In this document: positions 24,591 to 37,949 of the stretch, piece after piece
How positions within the stretch are numbered: the stretch's first letter is position 1
Layout of the letters: every line of letters begins with the position of its first letter
Assembly (NCBI GenBank): GCA_001949185.1
Contig: BDGG01000002.1
Span: 2,849,826 to 2,913,825 of the forward strand
Direction: 5' to 3'
Source: Ramazzottius varieornatus
Lineage: Eukaryota; Animalia; Tardigrada
Length of the DNA stretch: 64,000 nt
The notes under the pieces: generated by a model
Databases searched by the model: none
Told to the model about the DNA's origin: nothing
What the model saw: only the letters and a program-made list of their open reading frames with translations
Translations under genes and position numbers: made by a program

Positions 24591-25677
24591 CAGCCAACAA
24601 ATGGGTTCAGGCAGGTAAATCGCGCAAAAATGACTGCAACATCATACAGTGTCTTTCTAAGCTTTCCAGTGCTGTATGCAGCTGTCAGAAGAAGCAAACA
24701 TTGCCTTTGACCGTCTCCTTAAATTTCTTGTCAGCTTGCTTGGAAAATCGTCCATACGGTAATTCAGCCTATAATGCCATCTAAGGAGCTTGTCAACGTT
24801 CAGCAGGTAGACGGAATCCATTTCAAAGATGCACAGGAATCAGCGAGCAAATGGGAGAAGATCGGAAAAAAACCCAGAATAGTGGCTGAGCAGCACCCAG
24901 AATAGTGGATGGGCAGGCTCAATCAAAACCGGAATCACCCATCGAACAATCAACTCTTGATTCTTCCGCCTATTCACCGCCCTAATTTTGACATCACTTA
25001 CGAGTCCTGTAGTTTCTTCCAGGATGGTCGGGGGTTTTAGCTACCTAGCTCAGATGATAGAAAAGACTGTCGTCTAGCGTTTCGCCGAGACGGTTTAGCA
25101 ATCTAGAGGTCGGGACAGGCGTAATCCCCTTGTGAGTACGCGATTTTTCTCCGCTGAGCACACGTGCAACAACGCGGACTTGCTAGGGACCACGTGGCCC
25201 AAAACACCTAATGCCTCGAGGCAAAATAAATTTTTCTGGCTTGTGCCCAGTTCTGCCGCGTGCTGATACGTCACGTTCTGAACAGCCAGTCAAACACTAA
25301 GCCAGAAAAATCCGCGTATAGCGTACAATGAGCGGGAAACCAATGTTACTGTACGAAAGGCATACGAGTTTTAAATCTAGGGAGCGAGCATGTTCTGGAT
25401 TGCGATGGAGTCGTCTAACAGCAACATTGAAAACATTAGACATATTATATCGTGTCATCGACTGTTTTCCTTAGGGCACATGGTCTATAATTTTATGTTC
25501 ATGATCATCCTTTTACTTATGCGTAGTAAAATCGGTTCACAGCTTCTGAATGATCAGCTGGGGCCTTGATCGTTAACCAAGTTCCGATCAGTCGAGGTTC
25601 AGTCGGTGGGAAGCTATCATGATCACAGTAGCGCAGAAACTGAGCAACACCGTCGTTAAACGAACAACACACAGGGT

Positions 25678-27029
25678 CTACAGAAGTCTTCGACGGTGCG
25701 ACGAAGGTCGCGATGAGTTCAGAATCACAGTTGTTGGTTCACTAGTCGTCGTGTCTGCCGATTCGGCGTTTGTCGCATTCATGATCGTCGCAACGTCTTC
25801 AGCAACCGCGGAAAACGGCTCCTCAGTAGTCTCATCTGTAGCTGGCGCCACTGTCGTCTCGACTGGTGTGGCGGTAGTTTCCTGAGTCAGCGCAGTTGTA
25901 CTTTCGGTGATCAATTCCGCTGCTGCTGTCGTGAAAGTAGAACTATTAATAGTTGAGTCGGGGGCTGGTGGTGGTGGTACGGAGCTCAGCGCGGAAGTAG
26001 ATGCCATCAACATAGCCACGGTAGTTTCTTGTGGTACCGTGGTCCCCACGAGTTCCGTTACGGCCTCTGGCGCGGGTACAGGTGGCAGCAGTATTCTCTG
26101 AGGAACGACAACCGACTCTGCCGCTAGCCGGACGGAGTTCCAATGAGAACCGCTCAGTTCAATCAGAGTGTTTCCTTGGGAGAGTGATCCTGAAGAAACC
26201 AGAGCTTACTTCAGAATGACTTTCATGCGTCTTCAAGGGAATCAGAGCTTTTGGCTTACGGTAACAGCAATGGTTTCCCTTGAAAGCAGCGCACGTGTTC
26301 ACTGCTTCACTAATCTCTAGCAGCCAACATAACGGATCAATCTCGTCTACCGACGCACAGAAGCCAGCCTCTTGCAAGTTTGGAATGGCGTCGGGTCGGC
26401 ATTCAGTAGTCTCAACAGAAGGTCGAACGTTAACACGGTGTTCGAACCTGCCTTTGTTGACTGCCTCTTCGATGAAAATAGTTTCCGCCGAGATCTTTTC
26501 AAAGCTATTTCCTTGCGGAATCGATCCTACAAGAGCATCGCGTTAATAGGGCCAGTAAACGAGCACGTGCGTCGTAGAATCTTGGCCACACCAGGAAGAT
26601 TTGCCAAAATTCACCGGAGGATAAAAGAAATGCCTTTTTTGTTGCGTAAAAAGTTGTTGATGACTTTCTTTGTCATAACATTCCATACATACGATAGCAG
26701 CAGTATTTTCCCCTGAAAGCCTCACAGTCCTTTTTCGACTCGCTGATTTCCAAGAAGATACACAAATTATCCAGGTCGTCTTGAGACGAGCAGAAGCCTG
26801 CTTCTCGTAGGTCGGGTATCGCGTCGGGTCGACACCAGACAAGAGCATCCTTGTTTCTGACTTTTTGGTTGCCGCTCGTCTGAACGTGCCGTCCGTCGAT
26901 AATGACGACATTCAGCTCATCTCCGTCCGTATTAGACAATGGTAACGCGTTCAGAAATGGCAACCTTAGCGTAAAAAGAACAGAACATGAACAGAGCAAT
27001 GGTATTATGCGGTTCGTGGCAGTGAGCAT
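25678..27029 (-). CDS. Secreted protein with two tandem 6-Cys domains and a Thr/Glu-rich mucin-like tail (3 exons)
   Basis: A hydrophobic N-terminus starts at ATG 27029. Two copies of C-RPDAIPxLxEAGF-C-x9-C-x11-C-x7-CC-YR each end at a splice donor. The last exon is T/E/P-rich (ORF 25678-26049). Confidence 0.75.
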
Positions 27030-27453
27030 GACGTCTGTGCCGAAATGACGAGAACCGAACAAAGAAGAGGCGTAGCGAAGAGGAAGAGCAGCAGCAGCAG
27101 CAGAAAAAGTTCCGGAAAGATAATTCTACAAATCGAGTTTGCCACAACGATCACGATAGCTCAACAATCAGAAAGGACCACCTGGCTGAGCTATTATAGA
27201 GATTCTCGACCGTAACGGACAACGTTGGCGTTCCTTGACATGCTTTTAGTACTGCGTTGTATGTAACGTGACATGGGTTGTATGTAACTTCTTCGTGATT
27301 AATTTTCCTCATTGACAAAATGTATGCATAATACCGAACGCTAACCACTGGCATGAGGTTTACAGTACGAGGTAGAGGACATACAGTAATTCGGGCATAG
27401 CAATTTTTGCACTATAACTCGGGCATATTTTTCCCCCGGCTCCTTATTACTAC

Positions 27454-28929
27454 TTAGTCCAGTTTGTTGTATGGCTTTGCTGTGCTGATAGGTGGCGCTC
27501 CAGGTCCAACGTCCGTTATACGCCCTCTTTCATACGCACTAGCTGGGGAGCCCATCCATGACCAAGGTTCAAAGTTCCGTGTTGGTGTCTGGAACGAACC
27601 GGCCATCCACATATTGGGAAATCCGTAACCTGGTAGTGTCGCCAGCATTCCCGGATGCTGACGGTACATCCATTCGTAATGCAACATCGAACTGGCGGCG
27701 TTCTGGCCAAATGGTGAATACGGTAACAAGGAACTGGAGGTCACAGTTGAAGGTGCCGGGGGCAGAACTATGTGGGGTGTTGTGGGAAGTGGGTGAACAG
27801 GTTTGGGAACGAAGGTTCGTGTTGGAGAAGAAGGTCGCAACTTGGCTGGTTTTGAATCGGAAGGGCGCATCGACTGACTGAGTGACGGGATCATCAGTCG
27901 TCGACGACTTCCACCGTTGAACATAGCCTTAACATCCTCCCAAATGTGTACCAGTTCCTCTGTCGGCTCCTGCGAAAGTCAAAACGCTTGTAAGCTGAGA
28001 ATTCACAAGTTTTGGGAGATTCCGATCGCACTAGACTTGTATGAATTTCGCAAAAAACTGTTAGTGAATAGTTTCCAGACCATCGCACTGACTATAGATT
28101 ACTTTCATGGCTCGACAAAAAAGTTAGCAGCATTCTCTTATAAGTAAGGATCACGTTACAAAGGTGATACTATCACTTTTATACAAACTATTAATATCAT
28201 GGAAAACTTCTTATTTGACTTTAAACGTTGCCGTAGGGGGAAACGACAGTGCCACCCTGTTTATTGTACCTTGGAGCACAGGTGAACATGTCGCCGCCAA
28301 CTATTGAAGTTTGCCGCGTCCGCCGGCGAGAAACTCGATTCCGGCATCTTATGCGAGTGAAAAATGAACTTATTCGGCGAGAAGTTCTGCTGACAGTACA
28401 CGCACTGGATGCATTTCGCTCGGCTGCTGTTGTACCTAGCCGGCATGAACCGCCCCTTACAGCCCCAGCCACACTCATGCTGGACGTCAAATGCAAAGTC
28501 CTCGGGCAATGCGGGTGGTCGCGCATCACACAAAAAGGACTTGACCAGTCGTTCGGCTTCCCGCTTCGTGATCATGCCGCACCGGCGACTGGAGATTGGC
28601 ATGGCACCCGCGCGACGAAGGATCTCCAACTGGACAGGTGTACACTGGACACAATTGATACCGAGTGCCACACGGCGGTTGTGGATCTCGTTGTAGCTGA
28701 AAGCCTTCAGTAAGGTAGAGGATATCTGGGCCAAGCAGAGTCGGAGTCGACGGTCCATGGTCAGTGCAACGATGGGTACGTCGAAAAGATTGACTGTATG
28801 GATGGTGTTGCTTGCAGGAGAGGTCTCCGGAGCCGCTGGACGGAAGCTCGAGAAGGTGTCCGAACTGCTGTCAGGATCTTCATGACCTGCCTTCGGACTC
28901 GGTGCATCGCTTTTGGTTACGATATCCAT
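27454..28929 (-). CDS. SKOR: Ski/Sno-family corepressor SKOR (fussel/CORL), 2 exons
   Basis: Contains RLCLAQISSTLLKAFSYNEIHNRRVALGINCVQCTPVQLEILRRAGAMPISSRRCGMITKREAERL, the SAND-like HECGWGCKG..RYNSSRAKCI..FSPNKFIFHSH, then ANFNSWRRH and WEDVKAMFNGG. The intron spans ~28269-27970. Confidence 0.95.
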
Positions 28930-31439
28930 TTTTCCAAAATATGAATCAAACAGGAATAAGTTGAGAAGGAGTGCAATAGAGCAAGGAAGCAATCTTTGGA
29001 ATCGACTAGTTGAAACTGATGCGGAGGGATTCCTGCTGGGGTGCGGGACTTCGAGTAATGATAGGTTCCTGACGGATTTAATGCTGAAGAAGTCCCGTTA
29101 AAGCTGATTAAAACGTTAGAGTAATGGAAGATCGCTTGCGGAATAATTAAATCTTGACTGATAGAGTATCTCGTTGTATGTAATATTCGTGTAGTACTCT
29201 GTGGAGCGTGAGCGTGATGTGCTTTAAATATGAAAACAGGGAACAGAGAGGAGATGGGTTGTACTCGGGATGGAGAAGAGGAGCTGTAACTGATGGGATT
29301 AGGCAAGCGTGTCATTTAAGGGTCACTAATGACCAATGATCGTTTTTGGAGTATCTCGCGCATACGTATGCTGTGGCTGTGTATACAAGTGCGCCACTTC
29401 GTCCAACAGTAAACTATCATCCGAGAACTTCCGCGTTAGGAACCCTGTTGCTTTTCGGACACCATGTGCTTGAAGGGAGAGATTTCCGAGGGAGCGCAAA
29501 AATGCGCGAGTTGGTCAGGGGAACCCCGGCGCCAGGCGTTGTAACTGAGTAAACTGTGGAGTGTGACCCAGGCGGGCGCTTGTTATTTGATTGGGCGATG
29601 ATGAATTGAATTTCCGGTTGAGGCAATTCCCCTGACACGTTAGTGCGACTTCTAAGTACCGCTGGACGACAATCGCTCTTCCTGTCTTCCCTGTTTACTT
29701 GCCTTGCCAATTAACCGCCCTCATTTGTATACACGACCCCATGCCCAATGTAATACAAAGTTGCGGAGGCATAACCATGTTAAGTAACGCACAGGCATGG
29801 CGTAGAAAATTAAACGGAATACATTTCCTTCTTGTTCAAGGAAGGGGGTTCTGCTTGACAAGACACTGATCGAATGTGGGGAACGATGTAATAAGTGGAA
29901 GCTGCCCAGTGATTATGGCATAAAGGGGGTATCAGTTGCGCCGGCACCAAATTCAATCACTTTCTAAACGAATCAAACTTCTTGAACCATTTAATCCCCC
30001 AGCGCATACTGTTCTGACTTCCTTGACTCATCGAGTTCCTCCAAAACAAATTACATCATGCAAATGACCGATGCATCTCTTCTTCAAAAAACTGTTACCC
30101 ATCTTAACTTATTCGCACAGTTTCAGCTTCAAACTGTACGCTGCAACTTTTGCTGGAAAAAACTAGTTTCTTTCAGCGTATCCTTACATTGAAGAGTAGA
30201 ACCGTAGTCACAAAACCAGATTTCAGTGGAGTTTGATGAGGTAAAAGCCATGAGTAAGAAATCTTGACGTGATTACTCCATCATCCTTGCGGATTTTCGT
30301 CACCTGTGACCAAAGCATTGCTTAGGGTTCTCGCAGATCGCGCACAGATTAGGTCCTGATTCTATAATTTGGTCGTCCGCTTTGTGCAAATCCAGAAATC
30401 TTTCTTGATTACACGAGGCTTCCCTGTGATTAAAGATGCATAAAGTCGCTCTGGATGATAATTAACTTCCGTGATGACACATGCCATCCCTATTACCCAA
30501 GCCTTACGTCCAGAAGTCCCCCTGCTAATCTGTATGCAAAGGTATTAACTTCCTTGATTGACTTTCTCATTACTTTGCTCGAGTTCAGAACCAGGAAGTA
30601 ACGAAGGCTTGAACCAGCAATCAAGTGTAATCATGAGACTGAACAGCGTCGTTTCCCCGTTGATAATCCACAATACCAACGGAAAGTTCATCTTTGATAA
30701 ATACCCAGCTACCGTCATGAGGTTTGATCCCTTAATTTCCCGTAGGATCTATGAAAGAGTCCCTTGTCGCAGGTTACGTGGTTTCGACTTAAACTAAGAT
30801 CCTCTTTATCTGTCGTTCAATCTTTACTCTGGAAGGCGATTAAACTCTTTACTTGATTAATCAAAGGTGCTGTTGTTCCGAGTGGAACACATTTGTGGCT
30901 GGGGGTTATTTGAAGGAATGACAGGAAGGAAGAAATAAGCTGGATAGACGAGTCCCCAGGGGACAAGCCGCAATTTCATATTTAGCCTGAATTATTCACT
31001 ACTTCTACTTGAACTGTAATACAGGTAAACAAGTCTAACCTCACTTTTGCTTAACAAGAGTACTTTGGCCAACCGTCCATCAAACTACTTTTTTCTCATT
31101 TGGGATTCTTCCCTCATGTGGCTATTTCCTGGACGAAACCTGGAGAAATTCGTTCCATGGTACACAGAGGCACTGTGGAACGTGGATAACACACTATCCA
31201 CTAAACCAGCGGAGAAAGCAAGCACGTGCATACCAGGCCTGAACACTGCCGCTCCATTCAAGCTTTTACGGAACACGGTAAAACCAGAAGTCAAGATAGC
31301 ACAAGATAGAATAAGAACAAGAAGTTCAAGAATGGGTTCCAGGAAATCAGTGCATGATATTAGACGAAGAACTAAGGTAATAAAGTAAAAATTAAGAGTG
31401 AAATTCCGGGATTTCACCGCAAAAACAAGAAGCATCAGG

Positions 31440-33619
31440 TTAGAACATTTTACGAGGATAAACTCTAAGACGATGCGATGTTTTTGGTCTGTCCATCGCG
31501 ACTTTCTGGAGTCTTTCCACTTCCGGTCGCTCTATCATTCGGTCTGCTTGAATCTCTGGCTCGGCTCGGGGGAACTGGTACGGAGTCTTGGACCAAGGGA
31601 GCGAATCGTTGGACCCTTGAAAATATTCACGTACCTCGGTGTGTGGTCGGTCCAGGAAATCCGGCACGTTCTGGGGAGCAGCGGAAGCGCTCATACTGTA
31701 TCCTATCACTGTCTTGGCTCTTCGCATCGGAAGGGGCTGTCTTTCTCGAACTTGCGACGCTTTGGATGTTGCTCTGTCCAGGAAGTCTAAAACGTCCTGA
31801 GCTTGAGCATCTTTTTTCAGTGGAGAAACTCTTTGGACGACTTCTGATTCCTTCTGCTGGAAAGCACCGTTTTCTTCCACCGGAACTTCTAGGGAAAAAA
31901 CATTACACAAGTTCTGTGCACGACCAAAAGGGCTTTTGCGGATATTACCTGGACGAGGACCGAAGTTCTGAACGAACGTTTGGCTCGCGTTATCGTGGAA
32001 GACAGGCGTTGGGTTGAAGTCGAAGTTTCCCGCTGAAACTTTCTTAGACAGCTTCCGCCGTTTTCCTTCTTGTTCTATACTTCTCTTTATCGGTTTCTGT
32101 TGAGTTCCGAACCCCAACACACCGACATGCGGGGAGAGAAAATATTGGTTCGCTGGAGCGGAGATGAAGTCATGGTTCATCCGAGAAACTGTTTCACAGA
32201 ACCGTACTTCCTGCCGAGTTCTGCTTCTGACTTTCTCCTTCATCTCCCGTTTCTCTTCAAATTGGTCGAAAACATCCTTATCTTGACTGCCAGCGAGACC
32301 TAGCTCTTCGAAAAAGTTCTTCTGCGTCTGGGGAAGACCGAGCTTGACAGAGTTGGCCAAAGAAGGATCAGAGCAAGCATCGGAGTGCTCAAGTGATTGA
32401 TTGATAAACTCGTCTGGCCTAACTTGTACTGCTTCGTTCCTGACTCGCAACGTTCGTCGAGATCGGTCAGCTCGTAACAGAGCCTGGCCTTGTTCGTCAT
32501 CTGGAATAATAACTATGGGACTACAAGCTCGAGAAACACGTCTGGCTTTTGGTGCACGGACTTCGTTTAAGGCTGATACTGCGTCAGCCACTTTCTTCAA
32601 CTGACGAGGACTTCTCAAGAACTTCTCACGTTTGATCTGTGTGGACTGTTGACTGGCATGTTCTGAAACCTCAGCCGCCATTTCCATACGTTCATCTAGG
32701 TCCTCTGGTCGACATGGTCGTGCTGGATCTGGAGGCTTGTCACGGCGCTGGTTCTGACGAGCAACTCGTTCGCTTACACCATCGAAAGACTCAATGTCTG
32801 CGTCCACCCAGTCCAAGTCGTCCTTCTCTTGTCGCAGTTGGCGATCGCCGAAGGAGACTAAGGAAGGTTCTTGAAGGAACCTTTGGATCTGTTCAGGCAG
32901 GTTAGTGCGAGGTTGGCCAGAGAAGAATGGCTGTGGCTTGACTTTGTGCGCGGAGAACACTGAAATAAGAAACCAGAAGTCTGGCTTGCGGTAACACAAG
33001 GCCGTGCTGACCAACCTAATCAAAGCGGCACTGCCCTGTTACACAGAGTCTCCACGTGAGCCACGATCGGAGACCGTGAAACCACGTGACGAGCTTATTT
33101 CTCACCTTGCGTCAGCCGCGCATGACGTCACGAGCACAGCTGACAGTCCGCATGTCGTTACTAACGTCAATCACTAACCTCCTTGAACATTCTGGCAGAT
33201 AGTTTACCTTTTTCCGCAGTCTGCTGATGGCCACTTTTCGTCGTTCTTCCAACAGGATCCGAAGTACGCATATTGCCAAAGATGTTACCGAGCTGGAACA
33301 GGATAAAACGGGTATACATAACTGTAAACCTGCCGTATACAACAATGCAGATGGTAAAGGGAAATTCCCTGCTTACACGAGCTGGTTTCGCCGGAAGTGA
33401 GATTCGTAGGCCATCTCCGCTCTTCGATCGGTGTTCCCTGGAGCACTCCGCAGCTTCTCTAGCTTCCTCAGCATCTTTCTGTCGTCGACGAGCTAAGGCA
33501 TCCTCAGGTTTAGAGAGATTAGCCAGTCGCCGGTAATCTGGACGAGGACGAACGACGTTCTCCATGCGATGTTTCTGATGAAGGCGCTTGGGCTTCGGAA
33601 ACTTCTCCGGTAGGGGCAT
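31440..33619 (-). CDS. Hypothetical charged, hydrophilic protein (multi-exon; ends uncertain)
   Basis: A 527-codon open frame (31440-33023) plus upstream R/K/E-rich frames (33167-33643) with GT-AG sites. No domain was recognised. Confidence 0.55.
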
Positions 33620-34180
33620 TTCTGCTCGCTCCTCCGTGTCCACCGATGATCCCAGTCAACACAAGTCTAACAGAAGCGAACTGTAGATTAGAATAAGAAT
33701 AATAAAATCAAAAAAGTGAATTCAAATAATTTATTTCCCTGGTCGACCCGCCTGCACTCTACCGTACAGGGACCAATCCGTATTCAGTTTTATGCCGCTA
33801 TTACCAACACGAGAATTTCTTCCTCACCATGAAGATTTTATACTCTGAAGAACTGTTTCAGTGTTTTCCCAGTGAAATCCTGCAGAAACTGGCGACACGG
33901 AGCGGCAAGTTCCCGTCCTTCCGGCAAACGAGCAACTCCAACGAGCACGGTCGGTAGGTGGCTTTCCAGTGAATCTGCTCGAATGAGATACGTCGTTATT
34001 TATTGTTCAGTAAGATCCTTCGGATCGCTCGCTGATTACGTCTCGGTACAATGTTGTAGTCAAAAACTCTTAATTCGCATGCTTTGTGGATGCTTTGACA
34101 CGTCGAGCGCCCTCGCGCTGTATACATCCAGTTCAGTTGACACTTGACACTGGAAGTTGAATGCAACATGCAATGTAAAG

Positions 34181-37165
34181 TAGAGACCTGGGCCGCAGGT
34201 CAAAAAGTACGCTGCATCTGCGGTGCGCCCTTTTCTGGTACTCGGCAACTGCGCTGCGCTGCGTGAATCTGGACTGGACCGACGGTGCAGCTGCGCTGCA
34301 CCTTACTGTACGAGCGTGGCAACTGCGCTGCGGTTCAATTTCGAACTTAAAATTCCCAAATACAAAATTAGACATTCTCAAATTCAAAATTAGACTGGAC
34401 AACCATGAGATCACTTAAAGTTTGAGGAGCTAAATTTCTACGCTCCTCCGATACAGCAGTTCCAGATCTGCTAAACAAACGTTCGGAAGGTGTGCTAGTG
34501 GCAGATACAGAAAGAATTCGCAGCGCATAGCACTTCAAACGAAGAAAGTCATTCTCTTTCTCTGTCCAAAAGCTAAGGACATCTTGGTCTTCGGGAGGAC
34601 TGGGCAAACTCGCATAGCGCTCGACTTCGTTTTCGATGGGATTGTCGGCAGAATACTTGGCCAAGGCTTTCACGTTGAACTTGGTACTGCCTCTTGAAGC
34701 TACTGCGACAGTCGAATAGTAAAAGCCATTCTCCTGCACTGATCACTGTTCAGGTTAGATTTGATGTCCAAATGTTACAGTGAGAAGTATTGACAAATTA
34801 GAGCTCTCCTTTTTTCGCTATGTAGTTTTTAACGAAATGCGTGACTGAGTGCGCGGCATAATGGCTTTTACCTTCTACTATCGGAGCTCCTGTCTTTTTG
34901 GCTGTGGAATTTTCTGCACTTCTTCCATCGCTCGCTTAAGAACAGCTACTCGTTCAGTCGCAGTTAGGAACTGAAGGTGCTTCACGGAGGGATCCAGAAA
35001 GACGGCCACTCTATGAAGCTCATCAATCTCGAGCTTCTTGTTGAAAACGTTTTCGACATGTTCCTGGAAGGCTCTAATTTCCGGAAAGTCAGACGGCACC
35101 TGATCCTTGAAGTGGCGCTTCAGTTCGAGATACGCTGGAACTACGAGATGAATTGTTGGACGTTTCGAAGCCGAAAGAAGGAATGTAGCATCCCGTGCAG
35201 GCTCAAACAGGTCGTGAAACTCTTGCATTTTCTGCCTACTCGGCAAAAGATGAGACTCCTTTCGCTCAGCAAGGATGTCTTCAAGCTGGTCGTAGACAGC
35301 CAGAACTGAAGCAAACATTTCGACGTGGGTGTTCCACCTAAAAATCAATTCCAGTTCATACTAGGTGTTGGAAACATGATTTGGAGCTCTAATATCATGG
35401 CCTTGGTTCGGCCTTACCGGGTTTCGCAGTGTTGCTTCAACGTTGTTTTAAGCTGCCGACTGATACCACCTTGCTTACAGTGTGTAACGAGGGACTTGAC
35501 CTGGTTAGCTAAAGCAAGAACTGGTAAGGCTTCTGCAGGCATGGGATGCTGACTTTTCGGGTTGGATTTGAGGCAGTTTTGCGAGCAGGTGTTAAGAAGA
35601 TGTCCGGCGCAGTTGATGCGCTCGAAGCCCGAGTTACGAAAAGCTACTTTCATGTTTCCGCCTTGATCCGTGACAAAGGTGCACAGCTTCACATCTTCCT
35701 CACACAAGCCAATTTCTCGAAGTTTGCTAAAAATGAACTTTTGTACAGCGGCGCCCGTCTTTCTGTCCACGGTGTCCCATTCGCTACACAAAAGTAGTCT
35801 TTCCCGGAGCTCCGATCCGCCGAACATATAGTACACAGTACAGCCTGCAAAAACGAAAGCCCTATGCCACTCATACAGACTGCAAATGGTGTAATCCTGC
35901 TGCCCAAAAACAATCAACAGTTCCTCTTACCTAAGTACGACACTTTAGTGTACTCTTCTTCCCAAAAGTCAAGCGTTATGCCTCCACCGCAAAGTCGTAG
36001 GATGGGTTTGAGATCCCTGATGGCTTTGGCTCCTTTTCCGACGTACTAGCTCACTGTAGTTGGGTCGGGCAGCATGTCGCGAGCAGTGGACTTTCCAGCG
36101 TGGCTATATTTCATTGTAACATCGATTACGGTATCTATTAGAGCTCTAAATCCGGTTCCAGCCACTTCTTCGAAGCTCCTTCCATCCACTGCGCAGTATC
36201 GAGCACATACTCGGGACATTTCTTGCTTTGCGGCCCGGGGCAGCTTGTGTGACTTAAGGTAGCTAGTAATCTTGGGCTGGTTCGCCTTGACGCCATATTT
36301 CGTAACATGCCGATGAAGAGCATCAGTATTCACAGTTCTGTCATGCTTCCACACTTGCTTACATCTACTACAGCATACAAAGTCGAGCCTATCTTCGGAC
36401 TCTTTATCCACAACGCGTCTCATTGTGTCCCAGAACGGAGCTCCCTTTCGGCTACCAAAAATTTCTGCTCGTAAGACGAATGTGTCGTTCTTAACCATAT
36501 TCGCCACTTCTTCAACCGGCATACCTCTGTAACCAAATCGTACAGTAAATATCGGCGCTGATTAGTTAGAGCTCTAATCACAGGTACGCAGTTTGGTAAA
36601 TGTACCTAGCTTTAAGCTGAATCTCAGAAGGCAGAACGGATCTCCTTTTGACAGGCATTTTCCCGCTGGACTTTCTCCGCTTCTGGACGGCATTTTCGGC
36701 AACTCTTTCATCTCCGCTTTCCTCCAGAGAATCGTCGGACAACAGGTGATCCTGCATCAGAGCTCTAATCAAGGCTAACAAAAGGCAGTCCACAACAAAG
36801 TCCGCTGAAAATTTCTACAGAAGTAACTTTATCGAACTCCGAGACTTTCGGTTCCACTGACAGATTAACTACCAGGCGCTTTACGGCTGGGCAAAACACT
36901 ATTTCGGGGCGAGCTTGCGCGACCACTCGGTTTTTTATCAGCAATCAGAATACACCTAGTAAGCAAGGGTTTGATAACGGCCACCAACCGGGAGATTCTC
37001 AGTTCGTAAACCGAAAACCGTCTTTTTGTGCCGTTTGCAGCTGCGCTGCGTTAGCTTGTCACACGCTGCATACTGCGCTGCGCTGCACACAAACGCCAAA
37101 GTGAACGCTGCAACTGCACTGCTGCGCAGCGCAGTACAGCGTACGCGGCCAGATCCCGGTCTCTA
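34181..37165 (-). mobile_element. Full-length hAT (hobo/Hermes-like) DNA transposon
   Basis: Ends are TAGAGACC ... GGTCTCTA. The flanks atgtaaag and atgaaaac match as a 6/8 TSD. CTGCGCTGC subterminal repeats occur at both ends, and a spliced transposase lies inside. Confidence 0.9.
34368..36757 (-). pseudogene. hAT transposase, intron-containing, with one in-frame TAG
   Basis: BED finger VCCSRCKQ..LHRH, catalytic TLDFW, VTDQGGN, CAGHLLN, ETRWN, FLDP and the dimerisation motif SATSTPSERLFS. An in-frame TAG at 36046-36048 gives PTTVS*YVG. Confidence 0.85.
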
Positions 37166-37566
37166 ATGAAAACCGAAACTCCCGCAAACTAGACAAAATT
37201 TTTGTAGATTGCTTATCTCGAACGACCACTCTAATCCTAGTCAAAAAATTTTATAAAAAGAGGCTTAAAATACCCGCAGGAATGACGAAAGTGTACCTTA
37301 ATTTCGTCATACGTGTTCTAAGCGTGTTCATGAGGACACTTTAGGCCGACGTGAGGACACTTAACGAGCGTGTTTTGTCAGCCAGACCCGAGGTGTTTAG
37401 TCTATCAAAGTTAGGAAAACGGCCAGTTTCTCTCAAAAGAGACCAAAAGAAAGAGGCAGGTACCGACAGAATTGTACTTGAATTTCGTCGTACCTGATGA
37501 AAAAATTTTTGAGTAGGGTAAGTATTTAAGCATCTGTGACTTCTTGGACAGCTAGTCTGTCTCTAT

Positions 37567-37948
37567 TAGCTAGACTCAAAGCTGGCGTTTACCTAAATTT
37601 GGGCCGTTTGTTTAGCTAAACGGACGTTGGGATTGATCAAGCTCGCCAAACAGACCCCGCCCACTCAGTTTAGCTAAACGGATTGAAATCGTCCATTTAG
37701 CTAAACGGAGCCTGTTAATCGCCTCCGTGATGTCGGCATCGTGCGCGAAAATGTTCCGCTCAAAAAACTCCCTTCAATGTTTCTGACGTCACAGCTTCTT
37801 CTACGTCATTTGGTATGTTAGACTGTGATTGATTATTTCGGTACTCAGACCTGAAATTTCAATTGATTACGTGATTGGTTGATTTACTTAAACAAACGCC
37901 GTTTTTAAACGACTACTATTACGTAAACGCCAGCTTTGAGTCTAGCTA
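37567..37948. mobile_element. MITE with 26-bp perfect terminal inverted repeats
   Basis: TAGCTAGACTCAAAGCTGGCGTTTAC ... GTAAACGCCAGCTTTGAGTCTAGCTA, with three internal TTTAGCTAAACGGA repeats. Confidence 0.75.
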
Positions 37949-37949
37949 T

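Larger units (their letters stand above)
22978..25133. mobile_element. Long-TIR (foldback/Mutator-like) non-autonomous element, outer shell of a nest
   Basis: Imperfect inverted arms of ~150 bp at ~22978-23125 and ~24986-25133 (for example GGAAGAAACTACAGGACTCG and CGAGTCCTGTAGTTTCTTCC). The exact ends and TSD are uncertain. Confidence 0.7.

Noticed and set aside
37236-37518. Possible piggyBac-like MITE (CCTAGTCAAAAAATTTT ... AAAATTTTTGAGTAGGG)
   Set aside because: The inverted ends are short, AT-rich and imperfect, and there is no TTAA duplication.
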